In this document: in pieces, positions 1 through 13,810 of the stretch
How positions within the stretch are numbered: the stretch's first letter is position 1
How the letters are laid out: every line of letters begins with the position of its first letter
Origin: Octopus sinensis
Taxonomy: Eukaryota
Assembly: GCF_006345805.1 (NCBI RefSeq)
Contig: NC_043018.1
Span: 23,560,001 to 23,624,000 of the forward strand
Length of the DNA: 64,000 nucleotides
Direction of reading: 5' to 3'
Program-made: the position numbers and the translations under genes
The notes under the pieces: model-generated
What the model saw: the letters and a program-made list of their open reading frames with translations, nothing else
What the model was told of the DNA's origin: nothing
Databases searched by the model: none

Positions 1-544
1 AGGACCCCCTTAATTTTATTACTGGGGAAAACAGATATATCCACTCAAAATTTCACTACCTTTACTAGCAGAATGAAAGTTTATTTACCAATCTATCTTT
101 TGTTAAAGAATGTCATATTTGAAACTATTTTTTGTTAAGATATGCCAAGTTTATTGAGGTACTGTGACTTGCAGAAAATGCCAATTCTAATTTTTTGGTA
201 GATATTTAACATCACTACTGGAATAATCACCTTCCTAGGTGTAAATATTGTTTTTATTTCTAAAAAAAGAAAATGAGTTTTAATTAGTGTGAAAGCATTA
301 TAATTGTTAATAATTAATTTCAGAGACATAAAGGTAGCAAGCTGGTAGAATTATATATACACACATCAGACAAAATGCTTAGTGGCATTTCTTCCGGTTC
401 TTTATCTTTTGAATTGAAATTCTGTCAAGGATGTTTGCCCTTTGTCCTTTCTAGATTGATAAAATAAGTACTATTTCAGTTCCTGGAATCAATTTCCTCT
501 TTCCATCAAAAATTGCTGGCTTTGTGCCAAAAGTATTATTATTA

Positions 545-880
545 TTACCTCCGCCTTAGCAAAGGTGGAGGGATTGTTTTCAGTTGTGTTTGTTTGTTTG
601 TTGGTTTGTCTGTGGACAAGATATCTCAAGAACCGCTGGATGGATTCAGATGAAACTTTCAGAGATGTTTGACCTTGTGACTGGCACGAACTGATTAGAT
701 TTTGGGATCAATCCGGTGGCAGACAAGATTCTAGATTATTTTTCCGTTTTTTCAACTTAATTTTTAAGAGCAGTCGAGTTTATTTCAGATATTTTCATTT
801 TAAAAATCATCTCTGGCTAGTCATTGAGAGGACGTTGGTGTTGCTTTGGCAGAGGTTTGCACTCTCTGAGTGCTCTTGTT
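545..880 (+). mobile_element. Helentron/DINE-1-like non-autonomous element
   Basis: Sub-terminal inverted repeats ACCTCCGCC (547) / GGCAGAGGT (~848), a 5' palindromic partner (GGTGGAGG), an internal (GTTT)n tract and a 3' hairpin GCACTC-tct-GAGTGC, with T-rich flanks. This is the HINE/DINE-1 architecture. Confidence 0.65.
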
Positions 881-889
881 ATTATTATT

Positions 890-1397
890 CGTATACACAC
901 AACAGATTAGACTGATGGAAAAGAAAAAATCCTAACATTGGGCTACAACAAGTAACCTTAGATGTCAAGAACCCTCCTAAGTATCCTAGTTGTCCCTAAT
1001 AACACTGTTCTCTGCAGCTGTACTAAACTGGGTTTTATGCCTATTTCCTTTATCCATCTGTTCAGGTCTTTAGGCATAGTACCCAATGCACCTATAACTA
1101 CTGGGATACATTTTACCTGCATTTTCCGTAGTCTCTGTAATCCAATGGCTAGGTCCTGGTACTTTGTAATTTTTTCTATTCTTCTCGTATTGATTTTTTT
1201 TCATCCTTTACAACTGTAAGGTCAATTATCTAGCACTTTCTATTCCCTTTCTCTACTACTACTAAATCAGGCTTTCTAGCTTCTATCATTCTGTCAGTCT
1301 GAATGTTAAAGTCCCACAACATCTTGCATTTCTTACTTTCTAGGACTCTACTAGGTTCATGTTCATGTATTTCTTACTTTCTAGTACTTTACTGGGT

Positions 1398-1401
<4 letters not shown>
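890..1401 (-). mobile_element. 3' fragment of an R4/Dong-like non-LTR retrotransposon (restriction-like endonuclease domain)
   Basis: Minus strand reads ...KMLWDFNIQTDRMIEARKPDL...EKITKYQDLAIGLQRL...CIPVVIGALGT...LQRTVLLGTTRILRRVLDI* (stop 960-958), with disruptions. It has the PD..D / K..KY motifs and is flanked by (TAA)n, the known Dong target. Confidence 0.8.
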
Positions 1402-1428
<27 letters not shown>

Positions 1429-1433
1429 TATTG

Positions 1434-2330
1434 AAGGTGGCGAGCTGGCAGAAACGTTAGCAAGCCAGGCGAAATGCTCACCAGTATTTCGTCTGTCTTC
1501 ATGTTCTCAGTTCAATTTCTGCCGAGGTCGACTTTGCCTTTCATCCTTTCAGGGTAGATAAATTAAGTACCAGTTACGTACTGGGGAGGTCAATCTAATC
1601 AACTATCCCTCTCCCCCAAAATTTCAGGCCTTGTGCCTAGAGTAGAAAAGATTATTATTATTATTATTATTATTATAATTAAGGTGAGCTGGCAGAATTG
1701 TTAGTGCGTTGGGTGAAATGCTTAGTGGTATTTCATCTGTTGCTATGTTCTGAGTTCAAATTCTGCCGAGGTTGACTTTGCAGTTCATCTTTTTGGGGTC
1801 AATAAAATAAGTACCAGTGGAGCACTGAGGTATATGATCGACTAACCCCTTCCCCAAAAATTTGTGTCTATAGTAGAAAGGATTATTATTATTATTATTA
1901 TTTGTATGGAAAAATGGGATCAGCTGGCAGAATCATTAGCATGCCAGGCATTTTGTCTGCCTTTATGTTCTGAGTTCAAATTCCACCGAGGCTGACTTTG
2001 TCATTCATCCTTTCAGGGTTGATAAAATAAGTACCAGTTACCCCACCCCCACCCTAAAATTGATGACCTTGTGCTAAAATTTGAAATCATTATTATATAC
2101 CTGACAAGTTAGAAGAATCATTAATGTGTTGGACAAAATGTTTGGCAACATTTCTTCTGACATTTTATGTTCTAAGCCCAAATTCCACCAAGGTCAACTG
2201 TATCTTCCACCCTGTCAAAATTTATAAAATAAGCACCAGTTGAACACAAGGGAGGGGGTGGGGTTGATGTAATCAATTTTCCCCACCTCTCTGCAAAAAT
2301 TGCAGGCCTTGTGCTAAATTTAGAAATAAT
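1434..2330 (+). mobile_element. Cluster of 4 head-to-tail tRNA-derived SINEs (family B, Nin/Deu-like central domain)
   Basis: Repeated unit AAGGYGGCGAGCTGGCAGAA...TTCTGAGTTCAAATTC...GCCTTTCATCCTTTCGGGGTCGATAAA.TAAGTACCAG...GGCCTTGTGCC, with copies separated by (ATT)n. Further copies at ~330-535, 3231-3416, 7891-8350, 18830-19230 and 52490-52650. Confidence 0.85.
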
Positions 2331-2378
2331 TAATTTCAACCATTTAAATAAATGTGGGTTTGCTTAATTTTCTTTCAG

Positions 2379-2545
2379 ATTGTCGTCGTGGTCAGTCCCT
2401 GGTGGTGTGGGCAATACACGAAGGCAGACAAGCAGCACGACAGATAGATAAGGACCTGACGGGCATCATGTCGCTACCGGGCCCAGGAGGAGTGGTGCAG
2501 TTAGTCATAGACACACCTTTGATGAACGGTGTTACAGTGAGCTGA
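2379..2545 (+). CDS. GLT1: Terminal coding exon of NADH-dependent glutamate synthase
   Basis: Polypyrimidine tract plus acceptor (ttttctttcag|AT, phase 1). Encodes (D)[26 protein letters not shown]..., the hallmark C-terminal motif of the glutamate synthase beta/GltD-like part. Stop TGA at 2543-2545. Upstream exons lie outside the window. Confidence 0.93.
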
Positions 2546-3027
2546 GGATAGATGGAGAAGCCACTGACCCCCTGAAACCAGACCTTGATTCTTGGCCTGA
2601 AGCAATCTTTAAGTGTTTCTGGATGTTTTGGTGATGTGTTGTGCTCATAGCAAAAAGAAGAAGAAAAAATAACAAAGAAAATTAACAAAAAAAAACCCAA
2701 AAACAGATCAGAAGACAAATAACCATTGTTGCTTGGTGATGGGTTAAGTGTTTGTTATATGTTTAATTATGTTAATATTTTAGGGATTGATGGTTGCTGT
2801 TGTTGCTATTGTAGTTGTAAAACAAATAAAATTTACATCGTTGACAGTTGAAGCATAAAATGAAATTTCACTCTGAGAATTATTCCCCCGCCTCTTCCCC
2901 ATACCAGTTCCGGTATGCTGCCTTTTATACACAAGCGGTGTACCATGGTACAGGTACAACATCGATTTTTCGGGAACTTTTGTTTCTGGAACCGTTTCCG
3001 GATTACTGATTTTTTTTCAAACGTTTT

Positions 3028-3200
3028 TGTCGCGACCCATTTTATTTATCTCATGACTCACTAAAGGGTCGGGACCCACAGTTTGAAAAACACTGGTTTA
3101 TATTCTGCACTTTGCACCCACTTGCATTTTTTTTCTTTCTTTCCTTCTTTTCTGTCATGACCAACTAAAGGGTTGAGACCCTCAGTTCGAAAAACGCTGC
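3028..3200. mobile_element. hAT-like MITE termini (two partial copies)
   Basis: GGGTCGGGACCCACAGTTTGAAAAACACTG (~3066-3095) and a degenerate second copy (~3168-3199) resemble the CAGTGTTTTTCAAAC ends of Charlie-like hAT MITEs. Confidence 0.5.
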
Positions 3201-4493
3201 TCTAAATTATACAAATAATCTAATTACAGACGGCAGCAAGCTGGCAGAATCGTTACCATGCCAGGTAAAATGCTTAACAGCATTTCGTCCGTCTTTACAT
3301 TCTGAGTTCAAATTCCACCATGGTTAACTTTGCCTTTCGTCCTTTCAAGGTCAATAAAATAATCGATCAGCTTGTCCCTCCCCCAAAATTGCTGGCCATG
3401 TGCCCTAATTTGAAACTAATAATTAAATAAATGAAATAAAGTTATTTGTACAAATCTCTTAATACTGAACTGTGCAAGATACCAGTATAAACTAGTCTGG
3501 TAGCTGGAGGAATTTGAAGTTCCCACTTGTAAATTAGTGCAGATTTTAAAAGGATCTGGACCGTTCAGATCCAAAAAGTTGGTGTTGTACCTGTACACAG
3601 AACCAGAGTGTGGTGAGCAGAGTGACGAGGTAAACTGGGAAATTGTTTTACAAAGTAATTACTTCATTTGTTTATGATTCATTATGTAATTGACTGTGTT
3701 TTAAATCTCTGGTGTGGGAAATACGATACAGACGGCAGTGAGCTTCAATTCACACACACTTTGAAACTCACATGCACACACATGTGAGAGAGAAAGAGAA
3801 GTGTAAGATATACATGGCTAGAGAGACAGGGTGTATTGAAAATTAGAATTAAGTAAACATCAATATTACTTTTAGAGATTAAACAATCTATGTGTTTAAG
3901 TGCTACTCTGTTTATTTACACACGCACACACACACACATATGTATATGTAACAAAGCCATCATAAACCAAGACCTATAAGAGCCAGAACTTAAATAAAAG
4001 ACAGCTTAGAGTCATAATAACATAAGAGACTATCTAAGACTATGTATATGTATATATATATGTGTGTATAAATATAAATATATAAATATATGTATAAATA
4101 TAGATGTATAAATGTATATGTATAAATATATATATATGTACAAATATATATATATATGTATAAATATAATAATAATATTAGGGAGTATAACTCCAAACTT
4201 ACAGGGGAAAATTCAATTTAGTATTAAATCAAATTTCACAATATAAATATATAAATTAGAGAAATATATATGTATAAATATTAATATACTTAATTGGTTT
4301 CACACTTATATGATTTTCAAAAGTGTAAGTTTTAAGGTATAGAGAGCTGTGTCACATACTGTATCATTTCTAATTTCATATATATATATATATATATGAA
4401 TTTATAAATAAGGATAATATTGATATTTAAATATCGATATTATCAAGTGGCCAGCATGGGAAAAAATACCATACAAAGGTAATAATTTTTTAC

Positions 4494-4704
4494 AACTAAA
4501 AATAAGGGTGTCTGAGAAATACCACCTTGCCGAAATAGCAGTCAAATCCCTGACTCTAAAAGATATTACATCTTTTTGCTAGTCTATTTTGTCCCTCTAT
4601 CTTATCTCATGGTGCGATATGAACATTTAAGGTGGTTCTTAGAGTCAGGGATTTGACTGCTATTTCGGCATGGTGGTGTCTCTCAGACACCCTTATTTTT
4701 AGTT
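4494..4704. repeat. Fold-back element (inverted arms ~65 bp)
   Basis: AACTAAAAATAAGGGTGTCTGAGA...CCCTGACTCTAA and its near-perfect reverse complement at ~4639-4704. Confidence 0.9.
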
Positions 4705-5109
4705 ATATACACAATAGTAAAATATAATCTCAAAATAAACACACAGATGTAGTGTTTAATCTGGCAATGATGAATTATCTCCGTTAAACCATCATTCTCA
4801 CGATTCCTTGTTGCCAACAGCAAAAACTGGAATTCAACAATAAAAACGAAACACACTCTATCCGTACTTCATTCTTAAGAGTTATTTCTAGAAACATTAT
4901 CAGACTTAAGAACAATACTGTCTCAAACTAATTATAAAGGACTAATTAAGAAATGTGGAAAATCTGTAATAAAAAAGTTAAACATGGTTCATTAGCCATA
5001 GCTTTAAAAATAATGTTTGAAAGGAAAACTGGTCTCCATGTCTATCGACACACATGTGTGTATAAATCATGTGTAAAATTGAGACTCAAACATTATATTG
5101 GTAGCAATG

Positions 5110-5170
<61 letters not shown>

Positions 5171-6003
5171 CATACAGATATGTACTTATGTATATGTGTC
5201 ATTATATAGACACATTAATATAAATAGAAGTTATACATATGAGCTAAAGAAGGAACCTCTATCTGTCCAATCAAGCTGATAGAAATAGAAGCCAAATACT
5301 CAATGAACCACAGAACCACAATTAATAAAAAAGAAAAAGAAAGAAAGAATGCACTGGATAAAGGAATCTTAGAAAACCAAAAAACACCTGACAAAAGGTC
5401 TGATGGATCAATGGCCCAGGGCTAAATAGCAGCCACAATATACAAGCTAGTGATTTCTCTTAAAGGGTGTGTTAAATGTTTTAGTAAGTCTGAACATTGT
5501 TGCTATAAAACATACATATATACACTAACACATCAATAATGCTATTCAAACACACACACACATATTAGAAAATGTTGAAATAAATTCAATATTCATTTCC
5601 TGCTCTACACCATGTTGTATACTCCACTTGCTACTCATATATATGTATGTATGTATGCATAAATATGTATAAATATATATATATATGTATATATATATAT
5701 GTATGTATGTATGTATAAATATATATGCATGTATAAACATATATATATATATGTATGTATGTATGAATATTTAAATATATATGTATGTGTGTATGTATAA
5801 ATATATATATATAGATATTTATGTGTATATATGTATATATATAAAATATTAGAAAAACCCACCTTTTATCAATTCAAAATGAATAATTAAATTACACCAT
5901 CTAGAAAATTACATATAATAGAAAAGTGAAAATTAAAATAACAATAAAAAGTAAAGATTAAGTAGATTACAAAAATAATAAAAATGTATATAATCGGTAG
6001 AAA

Positions 6004-6082
6004 AACATGTTTCGCTGCTATATTTAAGAAGTGATTATAGTAGTAGAGAAATCACTTCCATATAAATATAGTCGCTCATCAG
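6004..6082 (-). ncRNA. Hammerhead ribozyme core (type I-like, stem I not evident)
   Basis: Minus strand: CTGATGA (6082-6076), long stem II (GC..CTATATTTA..GAAGTGATT / AATCACTTC..TAAATATAG..GC), GAAA (6013-6010), palindromic ACATGT stem III, then UU. No pairing stem I found. Confidence 0.45.
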
Positions 6083-6690
6083 GTTAAAAATAAAATAGAA
6101 CAATAAAATAATTAATTAATAAATATACTTTAATATATATATATATATATATGTAAATCCTAAATATATATATGTATAAATATATATATGTATCAATATA
6201 TATATATGTATAAATAAATATATATATAGATATGTATGTATATATAAATATATATATGTATAAATATATAAAAATTAGAAAAAAACACCTTTTATCAATT
6301 AATGATGATGATGATGTATAAATATATAAAAATTTATACATAAATATATATATAAATATATGTGTATAAATATAGATATAAATATGTGTGTATATATATA
6401 TATATATATATGTGTGTATAAATATAGATATATAAATATATGTATAAATATAGATATATAATATAAATGTATATGTATAAATATATATATATGTACAAAT
6501 ATATATATATGTATAAATATAATAATAATATTAGGGAGTATAACTCCAAACTTACAGAGAAAAATTCAATTTAGTATTAAATCAAATTTCACAATATAAA
6601 TATATAATATATAAATTAGAGAAATATATATATGTATAAATATATATATATGTATAAATATTTATATATATATATATATATATATGTGTG

Positions 6691-6721
<31 letters not shown>

Positions 6722-9700
6722 GAAACGTATTGACTGAGACAATGACCAGACTGATTCTCTGAAATATATCTTTGTCCTAAGTACATAGAGCAATGCATGT
6801 CATCTCTCTTTCTCTCTCTCTCTCATTATCACGCGTGAGCTTTGTGTGTGCCATTGATGAGCATCAACCAAGACAGTTTTTGGCAGTTACTCAGTATAAT
6901 CTACTGATTATGTAACATCACTGCATTGAGTATTGGGCAGAAGATGAGCTTGTGATCCTATATTAAATTTTGGACCAATGTGTCTATACTAAATATTGAC
7001 CTAGATGTATTGTCATTGTACTTGAGGCAAGTACTGAGCTATGACCAGCTTTTCTCTCATCATATAGTCTTTCTTAAGATTGTTCTTAATAATGTTAGCT
7101 TGCTCAGGGTACACCTTTTCCGTCCTAGCTCAGGGAAGGGTTGGTGAAATCCTGCGCCTCTGTCCAGTAAATGTCGGTCTTTCACAGTAATGAATCATAA
7201 TGCTAAACTTTTGAGATTAGTATACGGGTAGAAATTTATGTTTGATCTTGCTTTTGAGAAAATAAACTGCAGACCCATGTGCGACTAGACTACATGTGTA
7301 TATGGGTGTGCATGTATCCTTGCGAATGTCTCTGTATTTACGTGTTCCTGTCCATAAAGCTGACATACTTTCCCTTTTATCACTTAATACTAAAGAAAAA
7401 GGAAATTATTTTTCAAAGAATTTTTAACCATTTTTTTTTGTTGCTTTTGTTTTTATTTTTATTTTTTGAAATGAAATTTTTAAAGCTTTCCTTTTGTAAA
7501 TTTTTACCAGCCACCTTGCTGATTTTTTGTCTTTTTTTTTTGTTATTTTTTTTTGTTAACTGACTTATCAACGAAATTCTTTTTCTTTTTCTAAAGTTTT
7601 ATTTACTTCAATGTGTACTCTTTATATCATGTACTCTTTATATTATGTACTCCTGGAGTAAAGCTTTGTTGATTTTGTTGTTGCTTACATCCCGTGTTGT
7701 TGCTATTAGTTCAAATCCCAAGGGGTCGTTTTTATCACCCTGGGGCTCGTTAAAACAAAGAACAAGTCCAATACTGGACATTAATTGAGCATAATATCTT
7801 TTCTTGTAAATTTCTGGCCTTGCACTAGTAAAAGATCATTATCATCATCATTATTATTATTATCCTTATTGTTAATGTTATTAAAAAAAAAAGGCAGTAG
7901 ATTGCCAGAATTGCTAAAGTGTTGGACAAAAAATGCTTTGGAGTGCGTGCTCTTGTTCTCTATGATACAAGTTTGTATCTCAAGCATGGTTGACTTTGCC
8001 TTTCATCCTTTCAAGGGATGATAAATTACCAGTCTGGAACTGGGTTTGGTTTAATCAGCTGAGCCCATCCCAAATTTCAGTCCTTGCCTATGTTAAAAAA
8101 AAAAAATAATATTATTGTTATTGTTATTATTATTATTATTATTATTAAGGTGGTGAGCTGGCAAAATCGTTAGCACACCAGGCAAAATGCTGAGTGGCAT
8201 TTCGTCCACCTTTACGTTCTGAGTTCTAATTCTGCGAAGGTTGACTCTGCTTTTCATCCCTTCGGGGCTGATAAAATAAGTACCAGTTGAGTACTGGGGT
8301 TGATATAATCGACTTACTCCCTCCCCCAAAATTTCAAAATTTGAAACCATTATTACTATTATTATTATAATAATAATAATAATTATTATTATTATTATGG
8401 CAACTGGTCTCCAGCAAGTTCTTAACATCAAAGAGGCAAGTTGGTTTCAATTCTCAATAGTAACCATTTTGACTTTACACCAATCACTTCTTTAGAAAGA
8501 CATCAATGTCGTTTCTTCTTGCTTTTCCCCTCTTCCCTCTCCCTTATAAGCTCTGGATTACTTTGTGCCTATGTAAAGAAAATCATTTGTGATTATCATA
8601 TTTTGTATATGGAATACCAACTGTCTTGATAAATATACATTCATACATGTGTATATAAAATTTGCTCTGTCAAACGCAAGGTAATAAAAATGGTTGTGAA
8701 AAATGAACAACAACAGGAACCAACAACGGAAGTATTTCTATCAATAATGTATTATATTTGAGTAAAGGACCAGATGTGAGTGTAATGGCAGCTTAATAAA
8801 CACCAAATAAAACATTCAACAGATTATAAATATTTGACTTGAGTATATACACGTGTGTATACATTTGTGTGTGTGTTATAACTAATGTGGATTTGTTTTT
8901 TTTTTTCCTCTGCCAAACATGACATGAAGATGCTCAATATACACTCATTGAAAGTCTGGTAGAGCATCTTATATATATATATATTGTGACTGTGGTTAGG
9001 TCCCTACCTTGATTTTGTGTTTGTTGTGAAAACAACAAAGACAAAAGTCTATGAAAGGCCACTAGATCCAAATACTAGTGTCAACCATGGTCCAGAATTA
9101 TGGGATATATATAATAATATGTAATATCACGCATACTTGCTAATTTATTTCTCCTAGTCAAATTAACAGTATCAGTACTGTAATAGCAGGGTAAATAAGA
9201 GTTTGTTTATTTCCCCTTCTTTTTATATCTAAATCAAATGCTACAATTCTAGTTTACTTTGGGCTAAACCAGAGCTCATTGTGGAATTCTTCAGACAGAA
9301 ACTATGCAGAAGCCAGATGTATGCATGCTTGTACGTATGTGTGTGTATGAGTGTATATGTACACACAAACACACACATACATACATACATATACATACAT
9401 ACGTACATACATACACACATATTAGTAATGAACTGAAACAAGTACTCAACACTGAATGGGTGAATAAATAATTCCATTTTAAAGAATTGTGTTACTTTTC
9501 CAGCACCATTGGTTTCTTGTGTGGATCTTTCAATCAAATAACTAGTGAGATACGATCCATTCTTCAAATTCTGGTTGCATAACTGGAAATTTTCACAAGA
9601 AACCAACAGTACGGGGAAAATAACACAAATGTATTTAAGAATTTTATATATATATATATATATATATCAATATATATCATTTTTGGTTATGTACAAATAA

Positions 9701-9974
9701 GTATATTGGTAAGAATAATATGGTTAGAAGAAATGAAGGAATTATTCCAGAGTTTATTTATATAAAAATATAGAAAATCTTAAAATTTTCCAAGGAAATG
9801 AAACAAAATAAAGTAAAATATTTACATTTGATAAAAAATTCTTAAATGTAATATGATTAAATATTTTACTTACTTGCTTTATTCATTTCGTTTCCTTAAA
9901 AAATTCCAAATACTGTATTTAAATAAACTAAGGAACATATCGTTCATTTCTTCTGACGAACTTTATTATTATTA

Positions 9975-10031
<57 letters not shown>

Positions 10032-10954
10032 TATGATGATATATATATATATATATTTATATAGTTAAGTCTGAAAGTAACTGTAAATTTTGTAGCATTC
10101 AGTTTTTAAAGAATATATTCACACAGACTTATAAGGTGTATTTTTATACACATATACTTATGTGCATAAACATACACACACATTTGTATATATATGAGAT
10201 ATATATACCATACTAATGATAACAAAGAGAAAATTTTTTCTTTGTTTTTTTTTCTGGTTTTTTTTTCTCTGTTAAATCAATGTTGTATTTCAAAGCTGAA
10301 ATCATGTGATATTTGTTATTGAATGAAAATATTGTCAATATTTTATGTTACTGAAAAGGAGCAGTAATATTGTTGTGTCCAAGTGGTGCAGCTTGGTATT
10401 TGAACCGTGTGATTAGAGGTTCTAACCAGTGGTATTTTGAAATATTAAGAGCTTTTGTGAGGCATTTGTCAACATGTTAGAATTATTATATAAATTTATG
10501 GAATATACTGTAAATGCTGAAATCCTAATCAAAAACCAAGAATTTATAGTAACTGAGCAGTTGTTTTTGTTTTTTAAATGCAGTTCTTTTCCTATTTTGT
10601 GACTCTGAATTTTTAATCATCATTTAAATATTCAAAATTGTTTTGTAAAGTTATTTTGCAGAAAATTATTCTTTTAAAAAGAAATATTTTGCTATTGAAA
10701 AACTGTCAAAATTTGATGGCATAATTGGTGGATAAGATGGTTTTTGTTCTTATTTTGTGTTTGGTGCAAGATTTCAATAACCTCTCTGTCTGTCTGCCTG
10801 CCTCGAGTGTTTTTGCTATCAGACAAGAATTCCATCCATACAAAAAACAAAACAAAACAAAAAACCTTCTCCACAGACACACACATTTAATGTATATACA
10901 AACACACATACATACTCACACACATACACCCCCCACACATATAGAAACATACAT

Positions 10955-11005
<51 letters not shown>

Positions 11006-11031
11006 TCTGTATGTGTGTGTGTGTGTATATA

Positions 11032-11079
<48 letters not shown>

Positions 11080-12582
11080 CATATATAATATATATATATA
11101 TACATAGCAGTTACAGGTATTATTTAAAACAATTTGATTTGGCTTTTTGCAGAATCAGACTGTTTTAAATAATAATAATAATGATCATGATCATGATGAT
11201 AACAATAATGCATACATACATATTTCATTAGATACACAACTGTGTTCAACTTTTATCGTTTTCATTTTATATTTATTAGTTTGAATCAATAAAATTCATG
11301 AATTCATGTTTCACATTTTCAGGTCTTCACACGTCTGGAAATGTATAATATGAATATAGGAATTTTAGTCTTCCAAACTAGCTGTAAAAAAAAAGCAAGA
11401 AGAAAATATGAAAATTCTAAAATACAGAAGATAAAAGTTGAATAGTTATGTAAGACATCAGAGCTAACTTAGCTGATCTGTCTGTTTGTGGTCCATACAT
11501 GTCAGTGTAGACAAATTGATGTTTGAAACAATGCAATAAAGTGTAGGGTTTTTGCTCTTTTCTAAAACTAATTCCTTATGTAATGAAAATACTATGACCA
11601 GCATGTGATTAAATCTAATTAATGAATTAATCCAATAGATTAGCTAATTCAAGAAGATATGTAAGTGAAATGAAATATGGAATTTGTAACCCTTAACTGT
11701 ATCTAGAATAAATTTCTTTATAATTAATCTAAATATTATTGTTAGTTTTATAAATTTAAACTGGCTGGGATATTTAATGAGTGAAGTTGAGAGAGGAAAT
11801 CTGAGAAACAGATTTCAATTAAATTTATTTTAACTAAATGTAAATTTAATACTTACAAATAAAATGACAAGATGTTCACGGAATTCGATTCTTTTCATTT
11901 AACTGAATTATATCCTGGTAAGTGATGCTGGAATCTGAATGATTTCTTTCAACACTTGCTGGATTTATGATTTCAAAGGAATGAAAGTTAATATATCTCT
12001 TTTGAAACAATGACCCTCCATAAAACAGCAGTGAATCCCTGTGACTTGGAATAAAAAAAAAAAAGAAGAAAATCCTCTGAATTTAGAAATCCGTTGACTT
12101 TCTTCAGAGTGACATTCTTCAAATTGAGCAGTTGGAATTCCAATACACTTTAATGTTTTGTGGATTTGGGATGGAAAATGCTGGGGTGGAAAATTTCAAT
12201 TCAATTACCCCTCCACAAAGGCACAGTCACTTGTTAGTATTTTATCTGAATATAATCCAGGCGGAATACACAACAATGAGGGTTGCCTTTTCCCGTCTTT
12301 TTACAGACAGAACAAAAAATCAAAATTAATAATTGATCCTAAACAATTCACAACTAATTAAAGGGATATAACTGATTAATTATATCTTTTTAAATAGTTG
12401 ATAACTGCACTTGTTGCCGGCTTTGTTTGAAGTGCGATGGTAGAAGCAGGGACTTCAACCCATCTTCACCCAACAAAGAATTTTAAGGATATACTTCTTG
12501 TTAGGTAGAAAAGAATAGAGTTTATCTGGTGGAGGTCTTTGTCAGCAAAGCATCTCATTAATTAAGATCATATCTAGTAAAC

Positions 12583-12613
<31 letters not shown>

Positions 12614-13750
12614 GTGGTGAGCTGACAGAATCATAAACATGTCTGACAAAATGTCTGATAACATTTCTTCCAGCTCTTTACATACTGAAATCAAATTCCA
12701 GGGTCAGATTTACCTTTTGTCCTTTTGTGAGGACAATAAGATAAATTTCAGTAAAACACTGGGGATCAATATTATCATCCTGTCCCTCTCCTAAAATTGT
12801 TAGCTTTGTACCAAACATTTGAAACATTATTATTATTATTATTATTATTATTAAGACTATGAGCTGGTAGAATCTTTAGTACACTGGGCAAAATGCTCAG
12901 AGGCATTTCATCCATCTGTGAGTTCAAATTCCACCAAAGTCAACTTTGCTTTTCATCCTTTCGGAATTGATAAAATTAAGCACCAGTTGCATACTGGGGT
13001 CAATGTAATCAACTAGCCCCCGCCCAGATTTCAGGCCTTGTGCCTATAGTAGAAAGGATTATTATTATTATTATTATTATTATTATTTAAGAGAGAGAGT
13101 TGGCAGTATTGTTAGCACACAAGACAAAATGCTTAGCAGCATTTTTTCTGGGTTTATGTTGTGAGTTCAAATCCTGCCAAGGTTGACTTCGTCTTTCATC
13201 TTTTTGGGATTAATAAAATAAGTACCAGTTGTACACTGAGGTCATTATAATCGATTAGCCCCATCCCCTAAAGTTTCAAGTCTTGTGCCTATAGTAGAAA
13301 GGATTATTATTATGCGGGTGGTGGATTGGCAGTATTGTTAGAGCATTAGACAAAATGCTTTATCCAATACTTTACTTTCAGAGTTCAAATCCCACACGGA
13401 CCAACATTACCTTTCATCCTTTCAGAGTTAATAAAATACAGTACCAGTAAAATACTGGGGGTGATGATATCCATTAAATCTCCTCCCCACAAAAATGCTG
13501 GCTTTATGCCTAATACGGAAATAGTTATTGTACCAAGGGCAGCAGATTGGCAGAAATGATTGGACATTGGATAAAATGCCTTGTGGTGTTTCTTCCAGCT
13601 CTTTACATTCTGAGTTCAAATCCTGCTGAGGTAAACTTTACCTTTCACTCTTTTGTAATCAATGAAATAAAGTGCCACTCAAATACTGGGGTTAATCATA
13701 CTGATTAATGCCATTCCTCAAATTTCAAGCTGTTGGCCTAAACTAGAAAC
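12614..13750 (+). mobile_element. Five tandem family-B SINEs separated by (ATT)n
   Basis: Copies at ~12614, 12854, 13090, 13320 and 13536, all in the same orientation, with the same conserved blocks as at 1434. Confidence 0.85.
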
Positions 13751-13810
13751 ATTTTTTTGCTCAACTCTGACATTTATTATAGAAAATGTTAAACAATACT
13801 TTCCAATAAT

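Larger units (their letters stand above)
4040..6650 (+). repeat. Direct repeat pair (~250 bp) at ~4040-4285 and ~6400-6650
   Basis: Both copies carry AATATTAGGGAGTATAACTCCAAACTTACAGRGAAAAATTCAATTTAGTATTAAATCAAATTTCACAAT and the same idiosyncratic preceding TA/TG microsatellite. Confidence 0.85.
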
